From Eledone cirrhosa (taxonomy: Eukaryota), in contig OZ024743.1 of NCBI GenBank assembly GCA_964016885.1, forward strand, positions 290,532,001 through 290,596,000: DNA of 64,000 nucleotides. Reading direction: 5' to 3'. This document shows, one piece after another, positions 26,257 to 37,783 of this stretch (the first letter of the stretch is position 1; each line of letters starts with the position of its first letter). The notes below the pieces were generated by a model. That model was not told the DNA's origin, searched no databases, and worked only from the letters and a program-made list of their open reading frames with translations. Position numbers and translations under genes: made by a program.

Positions 26257-26813
26257 ATATGTGTATATGGATGTGTATGTATGTGTATGTGTGTACACAT
26301 GGACTAGAGTATGTATGTATATATGTGTGTGTCTATACGTATGTATATAAAGATAAGTTGAGTATGAAAATGTATACACATGAGCGCGTATGTATGTACA
26401 TGAATACATGTGTGTATATATATGTGTATGCATGTGTATATATATGTAAGTATGAATATGTGAATTGTGAGTATATGTATTTTGTAGAGGTGTGCAAATA
26501 TATTTGTTTGTGAATGCGTGGGTGAAATGATACGTACACTTGAAAGAAAAATTTAAGTCTGAATGTTAATTAAGTGCAAACACAAAACCAACCACGCATA
26601 TCTTTACTATCTCTAATCCTTCTATAGATTTAGAAAAATAACCAATAATATATTCTATAAAAAATGTCAAAACAACAGATGGGAATCTAATTACTCACTG
26701 CCACCAAGAATTCTCACTGCTATCGAAAAACCACTCCTTCAACTAATCTTCTAACAACTTCACCCCTCCCTCCTAATATTCTCTATAAAAACTAAATAGG
26801 TCCTCAGTAATAT

Positions 26814-26931
26814 TATTCTGATGAAATGACAGTAAATAATAACATTGAAATATTGAATGTCTGCATAACTAAAAGTTTGTAGATAGCAGCTGTTTTAGGT
26901 TATGTAACTGTTATAGAAACACGTGTCAATA
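26814..26931 (+). ncRNA. type I hammerhead ribozyme with extended (~90 nt) stem II
   Basis: tatt CTGATGA a atgacagt...actgttat a GAA acacgtgt c aata. Canonical core, palindromic stem III, GUC site. Confidence 0.75.
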
Positions 26932-27082
26932 AATTCCTTTCAACTAAACTGTATCCATTCAAATCTTTCTATTTTTCTCCGGATTACTTTTGGAACTACA
27001 ACTGGAACCGTCGAGCAAACTCTACGTGAGCTGATAATCTACTGTGTGTAATATATATATTACAACACAACGGAAAATACTG

Positions 27083-27161
<79 letters not shown>

Positions 27162-28205
27162 GTTATACGTGTGTGTTTGGGTGTACATGTGTGTGCGTTT
27201 TTTGTGTGTATTATATTGAGCATATATCGGTATAGTTTGAGAGGGTCATATTGCCAATAGAATTTCACGCATTAATATGTATTGCATTCATTTTGTTATC
27301 TTTTTACATTATTCAAACAAATAATTCGGTCAAATGGGTTGGTTTACTAACTTGATGAATATTTATTTATAAAACCGCTATAGTTACACATTATGCGATA
27401 TTCTCAAATATTATATTTTCTGTCTGTTCTTTCGCGTGATTTGATGGCTGTGGTGATATTAGTGAACAATTGCTTCTCTGGCTATTTCTTTCAAATGTTC
27501 ACTAGGAGCCACTTTTTCAGTCAGGATTAACCGTATATATGTAAGTATGCATGTATGTTATATGACGGTATAGTCAGCCATCACTCCATTTCAGTTAACG
27601 TTTGAAAATCATGAAAGTTTTTAAACCGGCAATGGCATACATTATTGTAAATATATCTTCTTGAAACTCCAATTGCATTTTCAACCCTTATTTCTTATAT
27701 ATGTATGTTGGCATAGAAGTCACTTCCTGGTTTACATCAACGTCAATTCCACAAAAAGCACGTTTTGGACAATGCTGACTTAAACTACATATATATGTCT
27801 ATATAAGCTTTGTATCCTGGAGCAAGTTATTTATTTCAGTCAGTTCAATTCAGTTGCGCCATCATTGATTTATCGGAATTTGCCTTTCCTGGGACAATAT
27901 TGCTGGCGTCAGGGCAGACTTGTATTCGTCATGGACTGTTCGTCTTCCACAAAATGCCTGAGATTTGGCCTTGGAGGGTAATTTCCTCGGTGCAAAATCC
28001 ATCTTATTTCGTGACGGACGGATTCTTTTACATTATATACAAATGGATACAAGAATGTGGAACATTTAAAATATCGCGTCATTCTTGCATGGTGTATTAT
28101 AGTTTTCTTTAGTTATTGCAACTCTTGAGATAATGAGAAATTCAACAACCTATACATTATATATAGGTGATGTCGCCTAGAAAATGAAGTGGAAAGCAAA
28201 ATAAT

Positions 28206-28240
<35 letters not shown>

Positions 28241-28279
28241 CGCACACATACACACACACACATATATATATATATATTT

Positions 28280-28336
<57 letters not shown>

Positions 28337-28448
28337 TAACAGGAATTCCAACCCTGTCTGATTTACTCGTTTTATATACAATCCTTTAACATGATAATGA
28401 TAATATAATGAAATACTATGGTAGAATATTAAATGTTAAATGTTAATT

Positions 28449-28485
28449 GAACAAGTACTTTCATGCTTTCGCAATCTTCAGGTTC
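28449..28485 (-). ncRNA. minimal type I hammerhead ribozyme
   Basis: gaac CTGAAGA t tgc-gaaa-gca t GAA agtact t gttc. Palindromic stem III. Confidence 0.75.
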
Positions 28486-29783
28486 ATATTCAGTGGTGAC
28501 AGTCAAGTTTGCTATTTTCAAATGTAATGAGATGGCTAAAATCTGTGCCTTATGTACAGTAAAAAGGGGCAGCAGAATGCTACTTTTGCAAACTGTATTT
28601 CGACCAATCGGTGCGTAATTTCACTAGATTACTAAAGCTGATTGGTTTAGCGTCACGGTTGGTTGAGAATGTCTAATGACATCTATGTGACCCTATCCAA
28701 AGCATCAATTGCTTTGCTATTTATAGAAATGATGAAACTAGCATTTTCTAGGATTTTTATAAAAAAGTTTCAGTATTCATCAACATAACATCACTTTTAT
28801 TATTATTAGTGTTGTTGTTGTTGTTAGTGGTGGTAGTCGACATGTTTGTAAGCGTAGTCATAGTAGAAGTAATAGCCGTAAGCCTTATTATTGTTCATTT
28901 GGCATGGGTTGGAATTTATCAATAAAATTATTTTTTTAAACTTTTCTCTTGATTTCACTTGGGCCGTGTAGTTTGTAGAATAGAAATATTATAAATATTT
29001 TCTGACCACATGTTGCTAGATGGTTACTCAGGGGTATCTGACGGACGTTTGGGTTTCTGATTTGCTGTCAGTGCACCCGTGCACGTTCCGATAGTGCATG
29101 TCCAGTTTGACCGACATATAGTTCTTCACAATTCGGGCATTTCATGCAGTAAACTAGATTTCTGCTTTTACAGTTTTTGTGTTCATATATTGACCAGTAT
29201 GTATGAACTGACATGTGCCACATCGATTTTCATTGCATTTAGATACAGCGACTGATTGGTCTTTGTTATATAGGTGAAACTTTGCCTTTGTTAGTAATTG
29301 CTTCAAATTTTTCGGCCGTCTTTTACTAAGAGTCAAAGATCGGTCTGTGATTAAACCTTTTAATTCATTACTTTGAGCAATGATCGGTAGGTTTGCTTTG
29401 GCAGTGTTGAAGATATCCTCGTGACATGACTTGTAATATCATTATAAATGGTATGACCAGTGCTTGGTTTCTTCTTCCTTGGGTTGTCCTAAGTTGTTGT
29501 ATAGGTATTTTTATAGCCCGCTGTATGCCATTTTCTATAAGTAGAGATGGGTATTTTTGTTTGAGCAAACATTTTCTCAGTTCTATTAGGCGTTTGTTCC
29601 TGGTATTCGTATCTTCTACAATGGCACAAATTCTTCTGGCTATGCAGTATGGGATGTTGCGTTTGGTATGAGGTGGATGGCACGACTTTAAATTCAGATA
29701 TTGATGGGTGTCTCTGTGTTTATATTATATATCCGTGGTAATGGTGGTGTCGTTTTTTTATTACCATTATATCTAGAAATGGT

Positions 29784-29967
29784 TGGATTGGCAGTATTGG
29801 TAGAGGGTCGGACGCCATGCTTTGACGTATAGAGTTACGGCCCTTGCCATCCTGGGTTCAAATCCCGCCAAGGTTAACTTTGCCTTTCATCCTTACGGGG
29901 TCGATAAAATAAAGTACCAGTAATGCACTGGGTAATTGCTGGCCTTGTGCCTAACGTAGAAACAATT
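29784..29967 (+). mobile_element. SINE S1 inserted in the PLE RT, with target-site duplication
   Basis: attatatctagaaatggt at 29766-29783 and 29965-29982. Confidence 0.92.
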
Positions 29968-30351
29968 ATATCTAGAAATGGTAATTTGGTACTACTCATC
30001 TCTTTTGTAAATTGGAGAGATGTGTGTAGGTTATTCAGGAGGATATTGAACTCATCCAGAGTATCTAGAGATTCTGTCCAGATGATGAAACAGTCGTCAA
30101 GGTATCTCTTCCAAGACTTTTCAATGTACATTCTAAAGTCAGTGCTATATTTTTCCACTATTTCTTGGTAGATTTGTTGTTCTAAGTATCCCATTACAAA
30201 GTTCGCCTAAACGCGAGCACACTTCGTTCCCATGGCTGTGCCTCTAATTTGGATGTAATTCTTTCCATTGAAGAAGAAAGTGTTGTTTTCCAGAATAAGT
30301 TTGAATGCATCTAATATAAATGGCACTGTGAATCTGGTGGGAATCACTTCT

Positions 30352-31236
30352 CTATGTTTTTCCATATTTAACCGCCTTTAATCCTAAATCATGTGTAATG
30401 TTGGTGTAAAGGCTTACCACATCAAAACTAAGTAGAAGTGAATTAGTTTCCGTGGTTTTGGGAAGATGGGACATGAAGTCTATATCATCCCGGATGAAAC
30501 TAGGTATGTGAATACATAGTGGTTTCAAAATAATGTCAATAAAATTGCTTAGGCGGTGGGTAGGGCAAGTTGGACCAGCTATAATAGTTCTAAGTTTTAA
30601 GTATTTTGGGTGTAGTAATTTAATGTACTCACTTTTTTGTTCTTTTACTGCCAGTTGGATTTCTTTTGACTTATTTTTTTTCGGTAAGCCATACAGGTTG
30701 CTGGGTTTTGGCTCAAAATTGGTGATGTAGTCTGTTTCCTCATCAGTGAGTGAGTTGTATTTTGAAGCCATGTTGTTGATCTTCTTCATGATGTTGTGGT
30801 CTATATTTGACGGCATTTCATGGTAGAATGTTGTGTCTTTCAGTTGTTGCTCAACCAAATCTTTGTAATATTCAGCATCCATTATAACAACTGCAACCCC
30901 TTTATATGCTTGTTTAATTATTATTGTTATATCATTTTGTATTCGTTTAAGTGCAGACATTTCCGATTTGTTAATGTTTGGCCTAACATTAGTATTACGT
31001 CTCAGGGGAAATTTAGACAGGATATCAATGTATTGGTTGAGATAGATATTTCTTCCTTTTGGTGGAGTGAAATTTGATTTATTCTTTATTAGTGATTCAT
31101 CACTCTCATTAATTTTATCAGCGAAGAATTCTACAAGTCGTAATTTACGACAGAATTCTTGGGTATCCTCCTTTAGTTCTTGGTGGTTGACTGTTGGAGT
31201 CGGTATGAATTTCAGACCTTTTGACAGAATTTGCAT
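30352..31236 (-). pseudogene. Neptune-type PLE RT N-terminal fragment
   Basis: 294-aa ORF with LSKGLKFIPTP, LYGLPK, LRTIIAGP and FDVVSLYTNI. Confidence 0.88.
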
Positions 31237-32592
31237 TTCATCATTGTCAAGATCTCTTTTGGATAAATTAATTATTTTAGGATCTACGTGTTCAGTTGTT
31301 TTGGGTATGTTTCCTCGTAGAGTTTTTCTTTTTCCGGTTTTGTTGTCCTGACGTTAAAAAAAGGATTTTTCTCTGTTCAGGATTTATATTCCTGTTGGTG
31401 TTTGCTTGATGAACTTTTGGTCGTGATATTATACTTAGTTTCGTTATGTTTTTTGTCCTATTTTTGGTATTATGTATATTATTTTTCCATTTCTTGTTAG
31501 CATTATTTTTAACAATCTGGGAAAATGACCTAGGATTGCTTTCAGGTTTAGATCGTTTTTTCGGCCAGTTTCTTGTGGGTAATCTCTGTTGAGATCTTGA
31601 AAGTGATCTGGTTATTCTACGGTTTTTTCCCGGCTACTTGTTGGTAGTCTCTGTTGAGATCTTGAGAATGATCTCCTGGTTTTTCTACTTCTTATGGTCT
31701 GGTCAAAGGAATATCTATCGTGTTTGTGCTTTTTGTTCATGTTGTGTGTGTTAGGGTGTTTTTGTAGATAAAGCGAAGAGTTCTTACCGTAGTTCTTCTT
31801 TGATTCAAGGTGTCGTGAGTGTTTGTGTTGCCACGTGTTTTTGCGTATGTTGTTTTGGCGAGATTGTCCACTTTTAATGCTTTTTCTCAGAGTTCCAGAG
31901 TCTTTACCGTAATCTGCAGCATATTTGTCGAGAAATAATTGATTATGCTGCCATAACTTTCTTGATTTGTTTTCTTCTTTTGAGATATCTCTGATCCATA
32001 GTTCTCGTAGTTTTTCAGCTATATTACCAGTCGTTAGCTTTGAAATTTCGACTTAAATTTGCTCATCGATAACTCCGTATTTGGCTTTGTAGCGGGATTG
32101 TTTACATTGAGATGTCGGTCTTTAATGTTGTCAACGTAAGTTCCCATCAGAGTTCTGTTTCTTCATCTGGCTCTCCTGCAATTTCTTTGATTAGGTATTT
32201 ACGACGGAGTATGGGTGCCGTTAGAGCGAGCCATTTCGAATGTGTTTCGACATATTTTTCGCATTTGTATGCTTACCAGAAGTTTTGATTTAATATGTTA
32301 AGAAATATTTCAATGTCGCCCACATTTCTTTTCTTATTCGATGTATTTCGTATTCCAAATTTCTTTCGTTTAGTTCTGACACCCAAGGTTTTTGTGTAAG
32401 GCTTTCTCTTGTATCTTTGATAACTGTTCGTATATTTTAACTAAATTATTAATTTCAGTGTTTATATGTTCAGTTATAAGTTTTCCGTTTGTAGATTAGT
32501 GTTGATAATTTCGATGATATCTCCTTTAGAATTCTTTTGATTCTGTTGATTTAATTTGTTGCTTTCGAGACATATTGGCATATAAACAACAG

Positions 32593-32644
<52 letters not shown>

Positions 32645-32787
32645 GAGTTTGATTGTGTATAGAAGATTATTTTAATAAAAGGAATACCAACTTTGTCTGA
32701 TTTACTCGTTTTATTTACAATCCTTTAAAATTATAATGATATTATAATGAAATAGTATGGTAGAATATTAAATGTTAAATGTTAATT

Positions 32788-32824
32788 GAACAAGTACTTT
32801 CATGCTTTCGCAATCTTCAGGTTC
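32788..32824 (-). ncRNA. minimal type I hammerhead ribozyme
   Basis: Identical to 28449-28485 although the surrounding repeat has diverged. Confidence 0.75.
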
Positions 32825-33679
32825 ATATTCAGTGGTGACAGTCAAGTTTGCAATTTTCAACTGTAATGAGATGGCTAAAATATGTGCCTTATATTCATTA
32901 AACAGGGGCTACAGAATGCTAATTTTGCAAACAGTATCTCGACCAATCGGTGTGTAGTTTCACTAGCTGATTGGTTTAGGCGTCACGGTTGGTTGACCAT
33001 GTCTAACTACTTCTATTTGACCCTATCAACGCATCAATTGTTTTGCTATTTTTAGAAATGATGAAAATAGCAAAATAATACACACACAAACATATATATA
33101 TATATATATATATACGATATTAATAAATGGAAACTATAATTATAAAACCATATTTATTTCATTATACATATTTCAAGGACACCAAGTTAAATTATGCTGT
33201 GCTTTCATCAGAATAAAATATAATATAAATCAGTTTTATAAATAAATATTGACATATCCTTAAAGAATGCAACCATTGCTGTTGGAAGCTCCCGGATAGT
33301 GGTGTTGTAGCTTTAATTATATTATTAGTATTTGATATTTTTATTTTTAAATTGAGCCGTTGGGTTACGGAGAAAGAGAAAGATAGAGAAGGAGAGAGAG
33401 AGAAAGAGAGAGAGAGAGAAAGACCAGAACATCAGAGACAGAAAGATTGAGAGAGAGAGGAGACAGAGAAAAGGGGAGAGAACCTAAAACCCTAAGTCAT
33501 AACATGTTGAGTTAACTTAACAATTGAGATGAAATGAATAAATAAAATTAGAAATGTTAATAATCATGAATGGAATATACATATATAATATGAGAAATTT
33601 AACCATATTTGTTGAGTGCTTTATATCAGTTATAAAAAATATTTGCTTGTTGTATCCCAACAATTTGAATAGAACTTTT

Positions 33680-33780
<101 letters not shown>

Positions 33781-33987
33781 CATATATATATATATTTGTA
33801 GATAAATCTACCAAAATATACGGTAGTGGCCAATCCGTATGAAGAACTTAATGTAATCCAAATATCATGAAAAGAGAAGATGCATTCAAAAATTTTCGAG
33901 GAAAATTATAGGGAAACAGAGTCAAGATAAATTAATAAAAACAATGAACAAAAACAAAGAACAAGCTCATTATATTAAAAAATTCAT

Positions 33988-34115
33988 CATTTTACGATCG
34001 TTTCTAGGATATATATGTGTGCTGGTATGTATATCATATAGGTCTATGTAAAAATATTACAAACTATCAGAGGAAATATACATACTTTCACATATATATG
34101 CTGTCTTCAGAAATG
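33988..34115 (-). ncRNA. type I hammerhead ribozyme with ~100-nt stem II
   Basis: cattt CTGAAGA c agcatatatatgtg...cacatatatatcct a GAA acgatcgt a aaatg. Confidence 0.72.
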
Positions 34116-34117
34116 AT

Positions 34118-34244
34118 CATTTCTGAAGACAGCATATATTTATGAAGATATTTATATTCCCCTGAAGGTTTGTAATATTTTTACATAGATCTATATGATA
34201 TATATACCAGCACACATATATATCCTAGAAACGATCGTAAAATG
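34118..34244 (+). ncRNA. type I hammerhead ribozyme with ~100-nt stem II
   Basis: cattt CTGAAGA c agcatatat...atatatcct a GAA acgatcgt a aaatg. 5-bp stem I, palindromic stem III, GUA site. Confidence 0.72.
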
Positions 34245-34394
34245 ATGAATTTTTTAATATAGGGAACTTGTTCTTTGTTTTTGTTCATTGTTTTTATTAA
34301 TTTTTTATATATATATATATTTATACACACACATACAAATACATATATTTCTATATATGTATGTGTATGTCTTTGTATAAATATATATATATAT

Positions 34395-35009
34395 TTATTT
34401 ATTAAAATAACAGATTAAAGTTTAAGCAAAGAATCGCTGCTTTAACCCTTAACAGGATCTTCTGAAATAAAAAAAAAATCAATCTGTGAAAGCAGAAGTA
34501 AATAAATGTTGCAACCGATGGAAAACAGAAAGACGATACTTTGATTCGTGGAAACGTTCCCTGGCAAATAACGGAAAAAAACGAAGATAATTTATTATTA
34601 TTTGGACCGGTGAAAACAATTACAGGCAAAGACAAAACCACGTTTATGGTATAAATGAAGTCATAGACCAATATTCTATTAGTTGGTTCGTGGAGTCGTT
34701 CTCTGGCAATGAACGGAAAAAATAATACGTCATTATGTAAAGCGGTGAGAAAATTTACACGCAAACCACGGTTGGAACATTTTTCGAAATATTTACTTCT
34801 GCGATCACAGATAGATTTGTTTAGTTTCAGAAGATCCCGTTAAGTGTGAAAGCAGCGATTCTTTGCTTAAACTTTAATCTGTTATCTTAATAAAGCTCTA
34901 CGGTTCTTATATATTTGATATATATTTATCCTTATCGAGCCCTCTTTGGATTTTAGTCTTCAAATTTATTATTATTACTATATATATATAGTAATAATAA
35001 TAAATTAAT

Positions 35010-35047
<38 letters not shown>

Positions 35048-35312
35048 ATAATAATAAATTTGAAGACTAAAATCCAAAGAGGGCTCGATAAGGATAAATA
35101 TATATCAGATATATAATAACCGTAGAGCAAATATTTATTAAAATAACAGATTAAAGTTTAAGCAAAGAATCGCTGCTTTCACCCTTAACGGGATCTTCTG
35201 AGACTAGAAAAGTCAATCTGCATTCACAGATTGACGTTTTTAGTTTCAGAAGATCCCGTTAAGGGTTAAAGCAGCGATTCTTTACTTAAACTTTAATCTG
35301 TTATTTTAATAA
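34395..35312. repeat. four family A pseudo-LTR pieces in alternating orientation (-,+,-,+)
   Basis: Homology to 4405-4860 and 6360-6660. HHR-like motifs at 34419-34468(-), 34823-34873(+), 35155-35205(-) and 35242-35292(+). Confidence 0.85.
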
Positions 35313-35955
35313 ATATATATATATATATATTTATATACATTATAGGAGAACCCTGATAGCGATATGTGTGTGTGTTTGTGTGTGTGTATTATTTTGCTTT
35401 CCAATTCATTCTCTAGGGGATATATATATATATATGTATATATATATAATTGGAGGCTTGGTAAAATCGTATCTTTGGCGGTGTGCAAGCAAATTCGACC
35501 TACTATATGAATGAGTTAGCAAAGCACTCGACAAGGTAGGTCCTTAGAGTAATAACATACGTTTAAATATCTTGACAATTTGAACATTGTGGTAGGCTAA
35601 ATCTAAGTAACGAAAGAACTAACAGGTTGAGAAAAAATACACCTGGACAAATCAAACGTTATAGGTTTAAAGTGTTTCTATGAATCAGAAATCAAATATC
35701 AGACATACGTAACTGGCAAGCTCGTGGTATTCATGATATAACACAGGATTCATTTCATCAACAGGATTTCGTTCTACCAAAGAACGGGGCGAAATACCAA
35801 ATGTTGCAACTAGCATCAGCGAATCGAACATTTAGTTTTCACGTGTTATTTCCAGCAAGAGATATAACCCCCGGTTTTTGGCGGGTCATTCAAAGTGTTA
35901 GACAAATACACACAGACACATTTATATATACACACATACATACATATACATATAT

Positions 35956-36042
<87 letters not shown>

Positions 36043-36043
36043 A

Positions 36044-36074
<31 letters not shown>

Positions 36075-36079
36075 TGTAT

Positions 36080-36112
<33 letters not shown>

Positions 36113-36129
36113 ATTATATATATATATAT

Positions 36130-36810
36130 ATAAGTATGTATACGTACCATCATATATGTATACAGGCGTACAGTAGTATGTATATATATATACATCCATG
36201 CACACATATATATATGTACGTATGGATCCACCAAACATTTATTATAATGCTCGGGGTGTCTGTAAACAAACACCCCGTATTAAGCCTTACAGTGTCTAGC
36301 AACTATCGTTGCTCATTTGTTCAACACTAACAATGGAACGCTGTACTAATTTCAAGCTTATTAGCTATCGTCAGCAACGTATACCTTCCTGCCAGATGGT
36401 TGAACGTCTGTAATTATATACTTTCCTTATGAATATTAACGGCAGAGCAACCTAATGTGCATATCGAGTGAGGTAATCGGCCGGGGTACCGAATACGATA
36501 AACAGAAAAAATGAAACAAAATTTCATTTCTCACTCTTAGTACGGCTGTTACTTAAATATAAGTATGTATACGTACATACATATATGTATACAGACGTAC
36601 AGTAGTATGTATATATATATATACATACATGCACACATATATATATGTACGTATCGATTCACCAAACATTCATTATAATGCTCGGTGTGTCTGTAAACAA
36701 ACATCCCGAATTAAGCCGTACAATGTCTAGCAACCATCGTTGCTCATTTGTTCAACACTGACAAAGGAACGCTGTACTAGTTTCAAGCTTATTAGCTATC
36801 GTTAGCAACG
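36130..36810. repeat. family C repeat, tandem duplicated unit (~425-bp spacing)
   Basis: 36130-36380 recurs at 36558-36810. Confidence 0.8.
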
Positions 36811-36861
36811 TATATATACATATATATGTCGCCTAGTGAATGAAGTGGAAAGGAAAATAAT

Positions 36862-36939
<78 letters not shown>

Positions 36940-36940
<1 letters not shown>

Positions 36941-37076
36941 ACAATGGAATTGTGGTAAGGAACCAGATGGAGCATAACGCATCATAGTACTCAATACACT
37001 TAGGGTAGTAGAGTGGGAAATATGAACCAGAAATAGTCGTCGAAACGGCTTGAGCTCTGCCGTCGGGGTCATACTT

Positions 37077-37080
<4 letters not shown>
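36940..37080. repeat. rearranged PLE pseudo-LTR fragment (family D)
   Basis: 36951-37015 is the reverse complement of 50712-50770, while 37027-37070 is direct to 50652-50690. Confidence 0.7.
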
Positions 37081-37134
<54 letters not shown>

Positions 37135-37194
37135 GTAATATAATTCAATATATTAAAGAGAGATAAATAAACACAAGTTCATATCTGTGTTTAT

Positions 37195-37783
37195 ACGGCC
37201 CTATATGATCTGAGTTCAAATCATCCCGCCGAGGTTAATTTTGCCTTTCATCCTTACGCAATCGATAAAATAAAGTACCAGTAATACACTGGGATAATTG
37301 TTGGCCTTGTGCCAAAAGTAGAAACAATTATTATATTGCAGTCTGAGTTCAAATCACGCCGTGGTTAACTTTGCCTTTCATCCTTACGAGGTCGATAAAA
37401 TAAAGTACCAGTAATGTACTGGTTAATTTACAGGCCTTGTGCCTAAAGTAGAAACAGTTATTATATTGCCGAGGTTAACTTTGCCTTTCATCCTTACGGG
37501 GTCGATAAAATAAAATACCATTAATGTACTGGATTATTGATGTCCTTGTGCCAAAAGTAAAAACACTTATTATATTGAATTATAGGGCGGTGGTTTGGCA
37601 GTATCGGTAGAGGGTCGGACGCCATGCTTTGCAGCAAAGAGTTACGACCCTTTATGATCTGAGTTCAAATCCCGCCGAGGTTAGCTTTGCCTTTCATCCT
37701 TACGGGCTCGATAAAATAAAGTACCAGTAATACATTGGGTTAATTGCTGGCCTTGTGCCATAAGTAGAAACAATTATTATATT
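37195..37783 (+). mobile_element. tandem array of four SINE S1 units (three 5'-truncated, one full-length)
   Basis: Four repeats of ggttaactttgcctttcatccttac...gtagaaacaattattatattg. Confidence 0.9.

Larger units (their letters stand above)
24925..26972. mobile_element. fold-back PLE-type element: ~880-bp inverted arms (24925-25813 and 26096-26972) with a 282-bp spacer
   Basis: Arms are near-identical reverse complements, also visible as mirrored ORFs 25384-25755(-) and 26154-26513(+). An HHR lies near each outer end. Confidence 0.85.
28340..33072 (-). mobile_element. decayed Neptune-type PLE with direct pseudo-LTR-like repeats (28340-28745 and 32680-33072)
   Basis: ILSKGLKFIPTP, SFDVVSLYTNI, GTAMGT, WKRYLDDCF, SCHPPHTKRNIPY, CNENRCGTC and CPNCEELYVGQT in broken frames. 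The flanking direct repeats each contain an HHR. Confidence 0.88.
33930..34302. repeat. ~373-bp spacerless imperfect palindrome with back-to-back hammerheads
   Basis: Centre gctgtcttcagaaatga|tcatttctgaagacagc at 34116/34117. Confidence 0.9.

Noticed and set aside
37195-37783. CRISPR-like array
   Set aside because: Eukaryotic context; the units are SINE copies without unique spacers, and no cas genes are present.
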